A stretch of 64,000 nt of DNA from Methanocaldococcus indicus (GTDB lineage Archaea; AGJL01; Methanococci; Methanococcales; Methanocaldococcaceae), in the NCBI RefSeq assembly GCF_049554935.1, contig NZ_CP186926.1, forward strand, positions 512,001 to 576,000, given 5' to 3'. Numbering within the stretch: position 1 is the first letter of the stretch; each line of letters starts with the position of its first letter. The notes under the pieces were generated by a model. The model was not told the origin of the DNA. It saw only the letters and a list, made by a program, of their open reading frames with translations, and searched no databases. Below are positions 18,341 through 28,798 of this stretch, in pieces. Both the position numbers and the translations under genes were made by a program.

Positions 18341-19381
18341 TCACTTTAATACTATATGTTTATTGTTATACTTTATAATAGAGCAATCCTCATATTCTTT
18401 ACCATCAATTTCTAACTTGTTATATACTCTACCAATTATATAGGCATCAATATCATATTTTTTAGCAATATCTATAATTTTCTTTACATCTTTCTCACTA
18501 ATTATAACACAAAAACCAATTCCCATATTAAAAGTTCTAAACATCTCTTCATCTGGAACATTTCCTAATCTTTGAATTTCTTTGAAAATTGGTAATGGTT
18601 CTGGTAGATTATCAATATAATAAACCATACTTTTTAATCTTCTTAATTTCCTAAAACTTCCTCCTGTTATGTGAGCAAGTCCTTTAACATTAACCTTCTT
18701 AATCATTTCTAAAACAGGTTTTACATAAATTTTTGTTGGAGTTAATAACTCTTCTTTTAATGTTTTTCCATAAGATAATTTATCATCCAACTTCATTTTA
18801 GCTATATCAAAAAATACCTTTCTTGCTAAACTAAGCCCATTACTATGTATCCCTGAACTTCTTAATCCAACTATAGCATCTCCTTCCTCTATTTTCTCTC
18901 CTGTTATAACAGCATCTTTTTTAACAATAGCTAAAACAGTCCCTGCCAAATCTATTCCATTTATTAAATCTGGAAGTGTTGCTGTTTCTCCACCTAAGAT
19001 GTTTATATTTGCTTCCTCAGCCCCTTTATTTAAACCTTCTCCAATTTGTTTGGCTATCTCTTCATCAATATATCCAACAGCTAAATAATCTACCAAAGCA
19101 ACAGGTTCAGCTCCTATACAGATAGCATCATTTACATTCATTGCTATCATGTCAATAGCAACTGTATCAAACTTCTTAGCTTTTTCAGCTATAATCATCT
19201 TACTTCCAACACCATCAGTTGATAAAACCAAATAATAGTCTCCAAACTCAATTCCTCCTGCATAATGTCCTAAAAAATTAGGTTTATAGTCATCTCTCTT
19301 AAATTTTATTTGTGAAATTAATGCCTTTATTACTTTATCCTCCTTATCAATATCTACTCCTGCATCTTTGTAGGTAACCAT
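18341..19381 (-). CDS. purM: Phosphoribosylformylglycinamidine cyclo-ligase
   Basis: TYKDAGVDID, TDGVGSK, GGETA, SSGIHSNG, TFNMGIG. Confidence 0.97.
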   Translation of the reverse strand: MVTYKDAGVDIDKEDKVIKALISQIKFKRDDYKPNFLGHYAGGIEFGDYYLVLSTDGVGSKMIIAEKAKKFDTVAIDMIAMNVNDAICIGAEPVALVDYLAVGYIDEEIAKQIGEGLNKGAEEANINILGGETATLPDLINGIDLAGTVLAIVKKDAVITGEKIEEGDAIVGLRSSGIHSNGLSLARKVFFDIAKMKLDDKLSYGKTLKEELLTPTKIYVKPVLEMIKKVNVKGLAHITGGSFRKLRRLKSMVYYIDNLPEPLPIFKEIQRLGNVPDEEMFRTFNMGIGFCVIISEKDVKKIIDIAKKYDIDAYIIGRVYNKLEIDGKEYEDCSIIKYNNKHIVLK

Positions 19382-19418
19382 AAAATATTACCTCCTAATT
19401 ATATTGTCTATGATAACT

Positions 19419-20723
19419 ATGAGAGTTGTTATATACACTCCAAAAATATATACTTATGGAGCTATGCTAATTGGAGGTATTTTGAAAGAGAAAGGTTATA
19501 AAGTTCATTTATCTAAAAATTTTGATAAAACACTATTTTTAAAAGCTGATGTAGTAATATATAGTTTATACTCAACACTTCATATTTTAGATGATAATAT
19601 AAAAAACTCTATAAAATATTTAAAAAATATTAAAAAAAAGTTAAAGATATATGTTGCTGGATGTGTTTCCACATATCCAGAGATTATTTTGAATGAGATG
19701 GATGTAGATGGAGTTATAATTGGAGAAGGAGAACTAATAACTCCAAAAATTTTGGAAGGAGATAATGAAGGATTAGCTTATAAAGAAGGAGATGAGATAG
19801 TTATTAACTATCCAAAAGAAAAACCTGAGTTAAATCATCCTATTCCTCTAATACCAAATGATATAGGAAAACAGAATATTAGAGGTGCTAATGTTTATAT
19901 TGAGACACATAGAGGTTGTTTAGGAAATTGCACATTTTGTCAAGTTCCTAAGTTCTTTGGTAAAAGTATTAGAAGTAGAGAGATAGATGACATAATAAGA
20001 GAGGTCTTAGAATTTAAAAAAAGAGGAGCTAAGAGAATAGCAATTAGTGGTGGGACTGGAAGTTTATACAACTTTAAAAAGTCAGTTGATAAAAATAAAT
20101 TTTTAGAATTGTTAGAAAAATTATCATCTATTTTGGGAAAAAATAATATATCTGTTCCAGATATGAGAGTTGATTATGTTGATGAGGAAATCTTAGAGGG
20201 AATTAAAAACTATACTATTGGATGGGTGTTTTTTGGATTAGAAAGTGGAAGTAATAAAATTTTGAGAGATATGAAAAAAGGAACTAATAGAGAGAAAAAT
20301 TTAAATGCTATTAAATTGGCAAAAGATTGTGGTGTTAAAGTTGCTGGAAGCTTTATAGTGGGATATCCAACTGAAACAGAGAAAGATTATCTTTTAACAA
20401 AGGATTTTATTGTTGATGCTGAATTAGATGACATTTTTGTTTCTATTGCTGAGCCAATACCAACAACAGAATTAGCTAAATTAGTAGTTGATACTCCAAA
20501 AGAAGAAAATCCAATTTTTATAGAATATAAAAATAATATGAGTTTAGCAGAATATAGATGTTTTGATTTATATCTACATGCTGAAATGTGGAAATCTAAT
20601 CCAAGAATATTAACTAAGCAACTTGTAAATATCTATTTAAATGATGCAAAACAACAAGGAGAAGATATAAGAAAAATTACAAATCTCTTGTTTAAATATA
20701 AAGAATATATTAAGAGATATTAA
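19419..20723 (+). CDS. mgmA: B12-binding radical SAM methyltransferase, probably MCR glutamine C-methyltransferase
   Basis: N-terminal cobalamin-binding-like domain (IGEGE), ETHRGCLGNCTFCQVP motif; family assignment from recall. Confidence 0.65.
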   Translation: MRVVIYTPKIYTYGAMLIGGILKEKGYKVHLSKNFDKTLFLKADVVIYSLYSTLHILDDNIKNSIKYLKNIKKKLKIYVAGCVSTYPEIILNEMDVDGVIIGEGELITPKILEGDNEGLAYKEGDEIVINYPKEKPELNHPIPLIPNDIGKQNIRGANVYIETHRGCLGNCTFCQVPKFFGKSIRSREIDDIIREVLEFKKRGAKRIAISGGTGSLYNFKKSVDKNKFLELLEKLSSILGKNNISVPDMRVDYVDEEILEGIKNYTIGWVFFGLESGSNKILRDMKKGTNREKNLNAIKLAKDCGVKVAGSFIVGYPTETEKDYLLTKDFIVDAELDDIFVSIAEPIPTTELAKLVVDTPKEENPIFIEYKNNMSLAEYRCFDLYLHAEMWKSNPRILTKQLVNIYLNDAKQQGEDIRKITNLLFKYKEYIKRY

Positions 20724-20736
20724 AGATTTAAATTTT

Positions 20737-21315
20737 TTATTTTTCCACCCTTTTAATAAGAGGAACAAACTCATAAATTAACTTAGGATTATATTTTTTT
20801 AGCTCATTTATTGTTATTATAGCATAATTATTAAAGTTCTCAAAAAGATTTAAAAGAATAGTATATTTATTATCTGCTTTTAAAATTAGTTTAGCTAATG
20901 TTTTAGCATATATCTCATTATCTAAGTTCTTTATTATTTTAGGATATGCATAAATTGCTACTTTTGAATCTATATTACCCAAAGCTTCTGCTGCTTTTTC
21001 TCTAATTTCTTTAAAATCACTATCTAAAAGCTTTATTAAGTATGGAATATATGGGGAAACAACATCTCCATAATTTTTTCCTACTTTTTCTATAATGTTT
21101 ATGCACAATATTATTATTTCTCTATTTCTTTCAGATGAATATAAATTATCTGAAATTAACTCCTGGAAACTTCTCTCTTTTGTAGATTCTAAAAGTTCAT
21201 ATACAACATCTAAAAAAGGAATAATTTCATCTACCTCTAATTTGTATATCTCTTTTAAAGCATTTATCTTCTCTTCATCTGAATAATTTAAAGTTAATAT
21301 TTTTATATAGTCCAT
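20737..21315 (-). CDS. HEAT-repeat protein
   Basis: YIPYLIKLLDSDFKEIREKAAEALGNI HEAT motif. Confidence 0.75.
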   Translation of the reverse strand: MDYIKILTLNYSDEEKINALKEIYKLEVDEIIPFLDVVYELLESTKERSFQELISDNLYSSERNREIIILCINIIEKVGKNYGDVVSPYIPYLIKLLDSDFKEIREKAAEALGNIDSKVAIYAYPKIIKNLDNEIYAKTLAKLILKADNKYTILLNLFENFNNYAIITINELKKYNPKLIYEFVPLIKRVEK

Positions 21316-21327
21316 AATATCTCATTT

Positions 21328-22452
21328 TTAAATTTCATTTAATAAATTTTCAATATATAAATTGAAATCCTCAGTTTCTTTTAAAACTTTATCAATAAAG
21401 TCAGTTGAACAATTTTTTAGCTCAGCTTCTCTTTTAATCTTTTTTAGTTCTAATCTAATCTTAGCCATCTTACTTAATATCTCAATCATCTTGTTGTAAT
21501 CTTTCTTACAAAGCTTTATTTTATTGACATCAATATATTTTAGCTCATTTTTTAAATTTTCAATAATTGCTAATTTTTCCAAAACATCTTCATAATACTT
21601 ATTTATATGTCTAAATACAATTTTAGAAACTTTAAAGAACTCATCTGGCTCATTCCAAAATATATGTCTTAATATATCCAAATCATTTACATCTGCTTTA
21701 TCCTTCCCATTTAGATATGCATAACTCTTAACTGCCTTAACTGATTTCTTTAATCTCCTATCTGATATATACACATGATTCTGTTGAAGAATCTTTTTTA
21801 TATCAATAATATAGCCTAATACACCATCAACTTCAACATATTTAGCTTCTTCTTGCAACTTTTTTAATTTATCTATATTAATGATAGTTTTTGGATTGTA
21901 CTCTTCCTCTAAAAGTAAAAGCTTTTTTAAGTTATTATCTCCTCTAATCTCTGAAACTATCTTCCTAAATAAGAATCTATCATAGAAAGCTAAAAGTTCA
22001 TTCTCCTCAGGGAGTTCATTAGATGCTGAAAATAAACTTATTAATGGAACTTTCTCTATCCTATCTCCATTGTGATATATCCTCTCATTTATTATTGTTA
22101 ATAGTGAGTTTAATATTGAACTATTCGCCTTAAACACTTCATCTAAAAACGCTATCTCGGCTGTCGGTAGATAATTATCTGTTTTCCTTACAAACCTATC
22201 GTTATCTTTCAATTCTTTAATACTTAACGGTCCAAATAACTCATCTTCTGTTGTAAATCTTGTTATTAGTTTTTCAAAATATTTAGCGTTGAAGTGAAAA
22301 GAGATAGCTCTAATTAATTGAGATTTAGCAGTTCCTGGATTACCTAAAAAAATAGTGTGCTCACTACATAATAAAGATGTTAATGCTATATCTATCTCTT
22401 CTCTCCTCTCTATAAAATAGTTATTCAACTCTTCCCTTATTCTATTAAGCAT
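21328..22452 (-). CDS. MoxR/RavA-type AAA+ ATPase
   Basis: GNPGTAKS, RFTTEDELFGP, FLDEVFKANSSILNSLL, ASNELP, SDRR. Confidence 0.9.
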   Translation of the reverse strand: MLNRIREELNNYFIERREEIDIALTSLLCSEHTIFLGNPGTAKSQLIRAISFHFNAKYFEKLITRFTTEDELFGPLSIKELKDNDRFVRKTDNYLPTAEIAFLDEVFKANSSILNSLLTIINERIYHNGDRIEKVPLISLFSASNELPEENELLAFYDRFLFRKIVSEIRGDNNLKKLLLLEEEYNPKTIINIDKLKKLQEEAKYVEVDGVLGYIIDIKKILQQNHVYISDRRLKKSVKAVKSYAYLNGKDKADVNDLDILRHIFWNEPDEFFKVSKIVFRHINKYYEDVLEKLAIIENLKNELKYIDVNKIKLCKKDYNKMIEILSKMAKIRLELKKIKREAELKNCSTDFIDKVLKETEDFNLYIENLLNEI

Positions 22453-22456
22453 AGTT

Positions 22457-23032
22457 TCACAAATCTATTTTAAATCTTTTTATCTCATCTAAGGACATTC
22501 TATTTTTTAAAAATTCCTTAGGGATTAGATATAAAAATTTTGGCTCATAAACTTCTCCTTTTAAACCTAAAATTACAGCATCTATATCCTCAGGATACTC
22601 TAATTTAATTATTTCATTGAGTGGATAACTTTTCTTATAAATTGGATATACTTTATATCCTTTAAAATAATATCCATCTTCCTTAATTTCTAAACCTTTC
22701 TTTTTTAAATATAAAATAAATGGTTTGAGATTTTCATCAATATTTATAATATTAGAATTAGCTTCTTCATTTTCAATAGGTATCCTTTTTGGAAAATGAA
22801 TAGAAATGTCTCCTTTACTATCAATATACTCAATCTTTATTTTTTTCTTTCTTAAATTCCTTATGAAATTTTTTATTTTCTTTTTAAATATAAAACTTAA
22901 AATAATTATTAGAATAATTAAAAAGATAATAATAAATAAAGGTAAAAATAAAATAAATAGAACTATCAATATAGCCAAAAATACTAAAATAAATAGTATA
23001 AATGTTAAACCACTTATTCTATAAATTCTCAT
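22457..23032 (-). CDS. Membrane-anchored hypothetical protein
   Basis: Long N-terminal hydrophobic hairpin then soluble domain; co-oriented with the AAA gene. Confidence 0.75.
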   Translation of the reverse strand: MRIYRISGLTFILFILVFLAILIVLFILFLPLFIIIFLIILIIILSFIFKKKIKNFIRNLRKKKIKIEYIDSKGDISIHFPKRIPIENEEANSNIINIDENLKPFILYLKKKGLEIKEDGYYFKGYKVYPIYKKSYPLNEIIKLEYPEDIDAVILGLKGEVYEPKFLYLIPKEFLKNRMSLDEIKRFKIDL

Positions 23033-23036
23033 TGTT

Positions 23037-23192
23037 TCACTTAAAAATTATATATAGAATAAATATTACCCCTCCTATAAATACAGCAAGCCATACCCAT
23101 ATATTTATAATAAATAATATTTTAAATAATTTTTCTCTATACTCTTTCTTAGAAAGTATCTTTTTTATTGGGTCTTTACCATAATACTTCAT
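23037..23192 (-). CDS. Small single-TM protein, 51 aa (not in ORF track)
   Basis: [51 protein letters not shown]; GAGG RBS upstream; stop 4 bp before next start. Confidence 0.65.
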   Translation of the reverse strand: MKYYGKDPIKKILSKKEYREKLFKILFIINIWVWLAVFIGGVIFILYIIFK

Positions 23193-23275
23193 TATTAAAA
23201 ACCTCAAAATTTAATTAGTATTATTTATTTAATTTATTAATATTACTTAAAATATTTTTTATGTATGGTGATTTA

Positions 23276-23791
23276 ATGACAGATATAAAAACATTTGCTA
23301 AGATATTTTTAATAGGATTTTATGAGAACTTAGAAAAAATTATTTTTGGTTCAGGTAGATATACAGATGAAGAGCTAAAAAAAGCTATTTTAGAAGGAAA
23401 ATTAAAAGTTCCTAAAACTGTCTTAGAGGAGTTGTGTATTGGATGTGGTGGTTGTGCAAATGTCTGTCCAACAAATGCCATAGAAATGGTTCCAACAACT
23501 CCTGTAAAGATAACTGAGCACTATATAAAAGACAAAATTCCAAAAATTAACCATGAAAGATGTGTATATTGTTTATATTGCCATGATTTTTGTCCAGTCT
23601 TTTCCATATTTGGAGAAATCTCCCCAATACATCCAAGAGATGTAGGAGAAGAGATTGAAATAAATATATCAAAAATACTAAAAAAGAGAATTACTATTTC
23701 AGAGGAACAAATTAATAGAATTAGTTCTATCTTATCAATAAATTTAAAGAGGTTTTTAGATGAAGGAGATAACAGAGGAAAAACTAAATAA
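23276..23791 (+). CDS. ehbL: 2x[4Fe-4S] protein, energy-converting hydrogenase B subunit L-like
   Basis: [12 protein letters not shown] and [12 protein letters not shown]; [11 protein letters not shown]. Confidence 0.7.
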   Translation: MTDIKTFAKIFLIGFYENLEKIIFGSGRYTDEELKKAILEGKLKVPKTVLEELCIGCGGCANVCPTNAIEMVPTTPVKITEHYIKDKIPKINHERCVYCLYCHDFCPVFSIFGEISPIHPRDVGEEIEINISKILKKRITISEEQINRISSILSINLKRFLDEGDNRGKTK

Positions 23792-24053
23792 ATACTTTAA
23801 ATTGACAGAGGAGGCAATAAACATTATTAAAAAAGGTCTTCCACCAAAAAGAAGTTTATTGTATGATGTTGCAAAAGATTTTTTAGTTATGATAGAAAGT
23901 TACTACAAAGATGCAAAAGCTTTTAAAGAAAAAGGAGATTATGTTAATGCATTTGCATCATTGAATTATTTGTATGGTTGGATAGATGCTGGTGTTAGGT
24001 TAGGATTATTTGATGTTGGAGATGATGATATAAGATTTACATTAGCTAAATAA
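23760..24053 (+). CDS. DUF357 family protein
   Basis: [29 protein letters not shown]. Confidence 0.85.
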   Translation: MKEITEEKLNKYFKLTEEAINIIKKGLPPKRSLLYDVAKDFLVMIESYYKDAKAFKEKGDYVNAFASLNYLYGWIDAGVRLGLFDVGDDDIRFTLAK

Positions 24054-25091
24054 GCTCAAATATATAATTAAAGATAAAAGATGTAAGATATAAACAATGA
24101 TACTAAAAAATAAGAATGCTCCTATTGAAACATTTCTATTTGATAACCTCAAAGTTATTAAATTTGCAAAAGATGCAATTAATGTCCCATTTCCTCCAAT
24201 ATTAACTCCATAGGCAATTGGTATCCAATTGTTGTATATGTTAGATAATAATACAGTTGCTGGAACATTTGAGATAATTTGAGATAATAATGAGGAATAT
24301 ATCATTATAGTTATGTCATTTCCTTTAATGTCAAATAATTCTATAATCCCAAGCTTTTTAAGTCCATATATATCTATAAATAAAAATATGAATGTTACTA
24401 AAAATAGATAGTCAATTTTAGGTCTTTTAATAATTATTAAAGCTAAGATTATTGGCAAAATATATAGATAATTAATAACTCCAAAAATGCTAAATATAAC
24501 TAATAAAAATATAAAGATATAGAGAATCCATTCTTTTTTAAATGAAATATTAACATTTATGTTGTATCTATATTTCTTATACTCTAAGAAGAATAAAAGA
24601 ATAAATACACCTAAAATTTCATAAGGAAGCATATTTTTTAAAAATTCCAAAACTCCAATATGGTAGAAGTGATACAAAAATAAATTTTGTGGATTTCCAA
24701 TTGGTGTGAATCCACTACCTATATTAGCAGAAATGCCCTCAAATATTATAAGTTTTTCAAGGTCTTTCTTATCCTCAATACTTTCAAACATAATTAAAGT
24801 TAATGGAACTATAACAAACAAAACAACATCATTTGTTAAAAACATAGACAAAATCAAAGTTAAAAATATAATTGCTATAAAAACTCTTTTTGTTTTTCTT
24901 AATATAATTAAAGAGATATAATCTAAAAACTTAGAAGATTTTAATATCTCAACAACAACCATTAAGTAAAATAAGGATAGAATAGTTTTCCATTCTACAA
25001 TATAGACAATTTGAGATATATTCACGACAAAAAATAACATTAAAATGCCAATGAATATAAAAATTGAGAATATGAGTGTATCTGCTCTCAT
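24042..25091 (-). CDS. ArsB/NhaD/SLC13-type ion permease
   Basis: [42 protein letters not shown]. Confidence 0.85.
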   Translation of the reverse strand: MRADTLIFSIFIFIGILMLFFVVNISQIVYIVEWKTILSLFYLMVVVEILKSSKFLDYISLIILRKTKRVFIAIIFLTLILSMFLTNDVVLFVIVPLTLIMFESIEDKKDLEKLIIFEGISANIGSGFTPIGNPQNLFLYHFYHIGVLEFLKNMLPYEILGVFILLFFLEYKKYRYNINVNISFKKEWILYIFIFLLVIFSIFGVINYLYILPIILALIIIKRPKIDYLFLVTFIFLFIDIYGLKKLGIIELFDIKGNDITIMIYSSLLSQIISNVPATVLLSNIYNNWIPIAYGVNIGGNGTLIASFANLITLRLSNRNVSIGAFLFFSIIVYILHLLSLIIYLSLFS

Positions 25092-25172
25092 ACAAATCCT
25101 AATTTACTAAATATATTAAAAAATATTATTGAACTATTATTAAATTTAGAGAGAATAATTAAATACTTAGAT

Positions 25173-26453
25173 TTATTCTAATTCTTTAAACACATCTTCC
25201 ATAGCCTTTATTGTTTTATCAACAACTTCATCATCATGTTTTATTGATGTAAAGCAACATTCAAATTGAGAAGGAGGAATAAAAATACTTCTCTTTAACA
25301 TCCCCCAGAAGTACTTCATGAATCTATCAACATTGCTTTGCTTAGCAATCTCATAATTCAAAACTTCTTTATCATTAAAGTATATTTGGAACATTGAAGC
25401 TATTTGATAAACCTTAGCTGGAATATTGTATTTATCAGCCAACTCTCTTAAAGTATCTGCCAATATTTTAGCTACTTTCTCTGTTTGTTTGTAAAAATTA
25501 TCATCTAACTGTTCAAGTGTAGCAATTCCAGCTGTTATTGAAATTGGATTTCCATTGAATGTTCCAGCTTGATATACACTACCTAATGGAGAGAAGTTAT
25601 CCATTATTTCCTCTTTTCCTACAATTGCTCCAATTGGGAAACCTCCTCCTAATATCTTTCCTAAAGTTGCTAAATCAGGAACTACTCCAAAATATTCCTG
25701 AGCACCTCCTTTGGATAATCTAAATCCTGTTATAACTTCATCAAAAATTAATAATATGTCATTTTCTTCTGTTATTTCTCTTAAAAATTTTAAATAACCT
25801 TCTTTTGGTAATATACATCCAACATTACCCATTACTGGCTCAACTATTATACATGCTAAATCATCCTTATGCTCTTTGACAGCTCTCTCAACTGCTTCCT
25901 CATCATTGAAAGGAACTAAAATTGTGTTTTTTGTAGTTTCCTCTGGGATTCCTGCTGAGTTAGGTATCCCCAATGTTAATGAGCCACTCCCACTCTTAAC
26001 TAATACATAGTCATGAGCCCCATGATATGCTCCATCAAACTTAATAATCTTTTTCTTTTTTGTATATCCCCTTGCTAATCTTATAGCAGACATTGTTGCT
26101 TCAGTCCCAGAATTAACAAATCTAACCTTCTCAGCACATGGAACACAATCAACTATCATCTTAGCTAAAATAATCTCCTTCTCTGTAGGACAACCATAAG
26201 AAAATCCTTTATAAAGTTGTTCTTCAACAGCTTTAGCAACTTTTTCATTTGCATGTCCTAAAACCATTGGACCATAAGCTAAACAATAATCAATATATTT
26301 ATTACCATCAACATCAAATAAATAGCAATCCTTAGCTTTCTCAACAAAAAAAGGATATGGCTTTATATATCTAACTGGACTATTTACCCCTCCAACTAAA
26401 TACTTTTTAGCCTCTTCAAATAATTTTTTTGATTTTTCTATATTTAATTGCAT
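25173..26453 (-). CDS. hemL: Glutamate-1-semialdehyde 2,1-aminomutase
   Basis: [47 protein letters not shown]. Confidence 0.97.
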   Translation of the reverse strand: MQLNIEKSKKLFEEAKKYLVGGVNSPVRYIKPYPFFVEKAKDCYLFDVDGNKYIDYCLAYGPMVLGHANEKVAKAVEEQLYKGFSYGCPTEKEIILAKMIVDCVPCAEKVRFVNSGTEATMSAIRLARGYTKKKKIIKFDGAYHGAHDYVLVKSGSGSLTLGIPNSAGIPEETTKNTILVPFNDEEAVERAVKEHKDDLACIIVEPVMGNVGCILPKEGYLKFLREITEENDILLIFDEVITGFRLSKGGAQEYFGVVPDLATLGKILGGGFPIGAIVGKEEIMDNFSPLGSVYQAGTFNGNPISITAGIATLEQLDDNFYKQTEKVAKILADTLRELADKYNIPAKVYQIASMFQIYFNDKEVLNYEIAKQSNVDRFMKYFWGMLKRSIFIPPSQFECCFTSIKHDDEVVDKTIKAMEDVFKELE

Positions 26454-26525
26454 TTTTATCACCATACTTTATTTGATTATTTTTAACATAAAATTACCTA
26501 ATTAATATTTTATACTATTCAGCAG

Positions 26526-27081
26526 AGGTTGTCGAAAAATTATAGGATGGAAAAAATTTAGTAATACTGATAGGTTAGAATATATAAGTAAGTGATAAGA
26601 TATTATGAGAAATTGCGGTTGATAATAAACAAATATCTCTACTTTTTTCTAATTTCTCGTTTAATTTTAGTCTGTCTTTTGTTTCAAATCCTCCAAATAT
26701 CGCTTCAATAACTCCTCTAAGTTTATATATCTCTTCATTAAAAAATTCTCTCGCTTTTTTTCTGAATTTATTTTCTTTACATTTGTGTTTAAACTCTCTT
26801 ATTTTTATTATTGGTTTTATTTCGTTATTAAACAAAAATTTAAGTAATTCAACATTATCATATGCACCATCAGCTAATAAATAATCTGATTTGAAATTAT
26901 TCAATTGTTTTTAACATTTTTAGTAACGTAGTACTATCTGAGCTGTATCCACCACCTCGTTGAGCTATATCTATTGAAATAATTCCATAATCCCTAAAAT
27001 AACACGACAAAATGTGTAATTTCTCCTCCGCTCATATTTTTTAATACTACCTTCCACATTTTTATGTTTTTTCGACAACCT
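26526..27081 (-). mobile_element. Internally deleted IS5-like insertion sequence (556 bp)
   Basis: Perfect 14-bp terminal inverted repeats AGGTTGTCGAAAAA (26526-26539) / TTTTTCGACAACCT (27068-27081) enclosing DDE transposase fragments. Confidence 0.88.
26575..27035 (-). pseudogene. DDE transposase pseudogene (deleted and frameshifted)
   Basis: ATG at 27035, then out-of-frame KLHILSCYF...YSSDS segment, then frameshift into LLADGAYD...YKLRGVIEAIFG. Confidence 0.85.
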
Positions 27082-27091
27082 TATTTTATTT

Positions 27092-28702
27092 TTAGTTTAT
27101 TTTTTGACACTCTTCTAATTCTTTATAAGCTTCATCCATAATAATTTTAATTTCATTTTCTGGAATGTTAAATTCTTTTTGAATATATTTTATTCTATCT
27201 TTTAAAGAAGGATGAGTCATAAAAATATTTAAGACACCTTCTTTTGGAATGTACGAAGCAAAGTGTATCTTAGATAATGCTTTAATATATATTTTTGGTT
27301 CAACTACTTTTGTAGCCAATAAATCAGCATCTTTTTCTATTCTCCTAGATATATATCTGCAAATAAGATAATCTAGAAAGTAAGAGATTAAAAATATGCT
27401 CATAAATATTACAGGACCCTCAAAATTAATAACTTTTAATAGATATATAGCAATAGAATAAATGACAGCTCCAATGATTATAAAGCCAATAAATCCAATT
27501 TTTATATGCATTCTTTTTTTGTGTGCTAATTCATGGGCAATTATTGCTTTTAACTCATCATCAGATAAAATTTCCAATAATTTTGAAGTTATTATTAACT
27601 TCTCTTTAAAAAGACCTTCAACAAAAGCATTTGCTACACTACTTTTTATAATCTCAATTTTTTTGAAAGGTTTAACATTTAATTTTTCAGATATTTCATT
27701 AACCATAGTCTTAATCTTGTTCAATTTATCCTTATCTTCCACATAATTTGAAATTTTTAATAATCTTAACACTGAATTAATAATTTTAAAAAATGCTTCT
27801 GCAACAAAATAATAAAATGTTATCCAAAATGCAACTCTTAAAACCACTGGAAGTTTATAAAACTCATTTTTAAATGGTTTTATTATTATATCTGGTATAT
27901 TATATAATATCATTAAAAATATTAAAATCATTGGAGCAAACATCAATAATAAGGATAATGCTACTATTAATGGAGATTTTTTTATTTCTTTTTCAAAATC
28001 TTCCTTATTTTTTGTTGAAAAAAACTTAACCATGTTTTTTGCTGATAATACTGGTGGTAATATAACAAAGAATAGCAGAATAAATATGTATATTAACATA
28101 GATAATTCTAAGCTTATATTTAGTATATATGCAAAAAATATTGGAGCATCACAATATATTAATGTAATTAAAAAAATTCCTGCTATATACAAAGAATATA
28201 TGAACATTGACCTGGTGTATTTTTTCATAACTTTTGATTTTTCTTTTATAGATGTTGCTTTATTTTTAAATAATTTATTTAAATATTTGGTATAATATAC
28301 TACACCAACAATCATTGAAAAAATTCCTAGGATAAGAAGAGATATTGAGAAGTAATTATATGAATATTTAACATCAATAATCCCATTTTTTACTTTATAA
28401 CTATCTATCTTTAAAAAATTTGATGATTCAACTTTATTTACTTTGAAATTTCCTATAGGTGATAAATTGTAAATTAACTGTTTGTGTTCTTTATCTAATG
28501 GAACCTTTAAGTTAAACTTATAAGTACCATTCTCTTCAAACTTATAAATATCTAAATAATTTAAATTATTTATCTTTGCAGATATATTTTTTTCGGAACT
28601 AATTTTTATCCATCCATAATTATCAATATACACACTAACATTAATTCCAAAATTATAGCTAATTACAAACAATACAAGTAAAAAATATAAAATTTTTCTC
28701 AT
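27092..28702 (-). CDS. M48 (HtpX/Ste24-like) membrane zinc metalloprotease with N-terminal extension
   Basis: ANAFVEG, AIIAHELAH (HExxH), EKDAD, THPS...RI; signal peptide and multiple TMs. Confidence 0.88.
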   Translation of the reverse strand: MRKILYFLLVLFVISYNFGINVSVYIDNYGWIKISSEKNISAKINNLNYLDIYKFEENGTYKFNLKVPLDKEHKQLIYNLSPIGNFKVNKVESSNFLKIDSYKVKNGIIDVKYSYNYFSISLLILGIFSMIVGVVYYTKYLNKLFKNKATSIKEKSKVMKKYTRSMFIYSLYIAGIFLITLIYCDAPIFFAYILNISLELSMLIYIFILLFFVILPPVLSAKNMVKFFSTKNKEDFEKEIKKSPLIVALSLLLMFAPMILIFLMILYNIPDIIIKPFKNEFYKLPVVLRVAFWITFYYFVAEAFFKIINSVLRLLKISNYVEDKDKLNKIKTMVNEISEKLNVKPFKKIEIIKSSVANAFVEGLFKEKLIITSKLLEILSDDELKAIIAHELAHKKRMHIKIGFIGFIIIGAVIYSIAIYLLKVINFEGPVIFMSIFLISYFLDYLICRYISRRIEKDADLLATKVVEPKIYIKALSKIHFASYIPKEGVLNIFMTHPSLKDRIKYIQKEFNIPENEIKIIMDEAYKELEECQKIN

Positions 28703-28798
28703 ATTAATATCACCAATAGTTTTATAGATTAAATATTGAATATAATCAAAATTATATATATTATATATATAAGATTACTTAAAAAAGAATGTGAGAGT

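Noticed and set aside
23002-23184. 60-aa + strand ORF
   Set aside because: The minus-strand 51-aa ORF has an RBS and operon context and explains the region better
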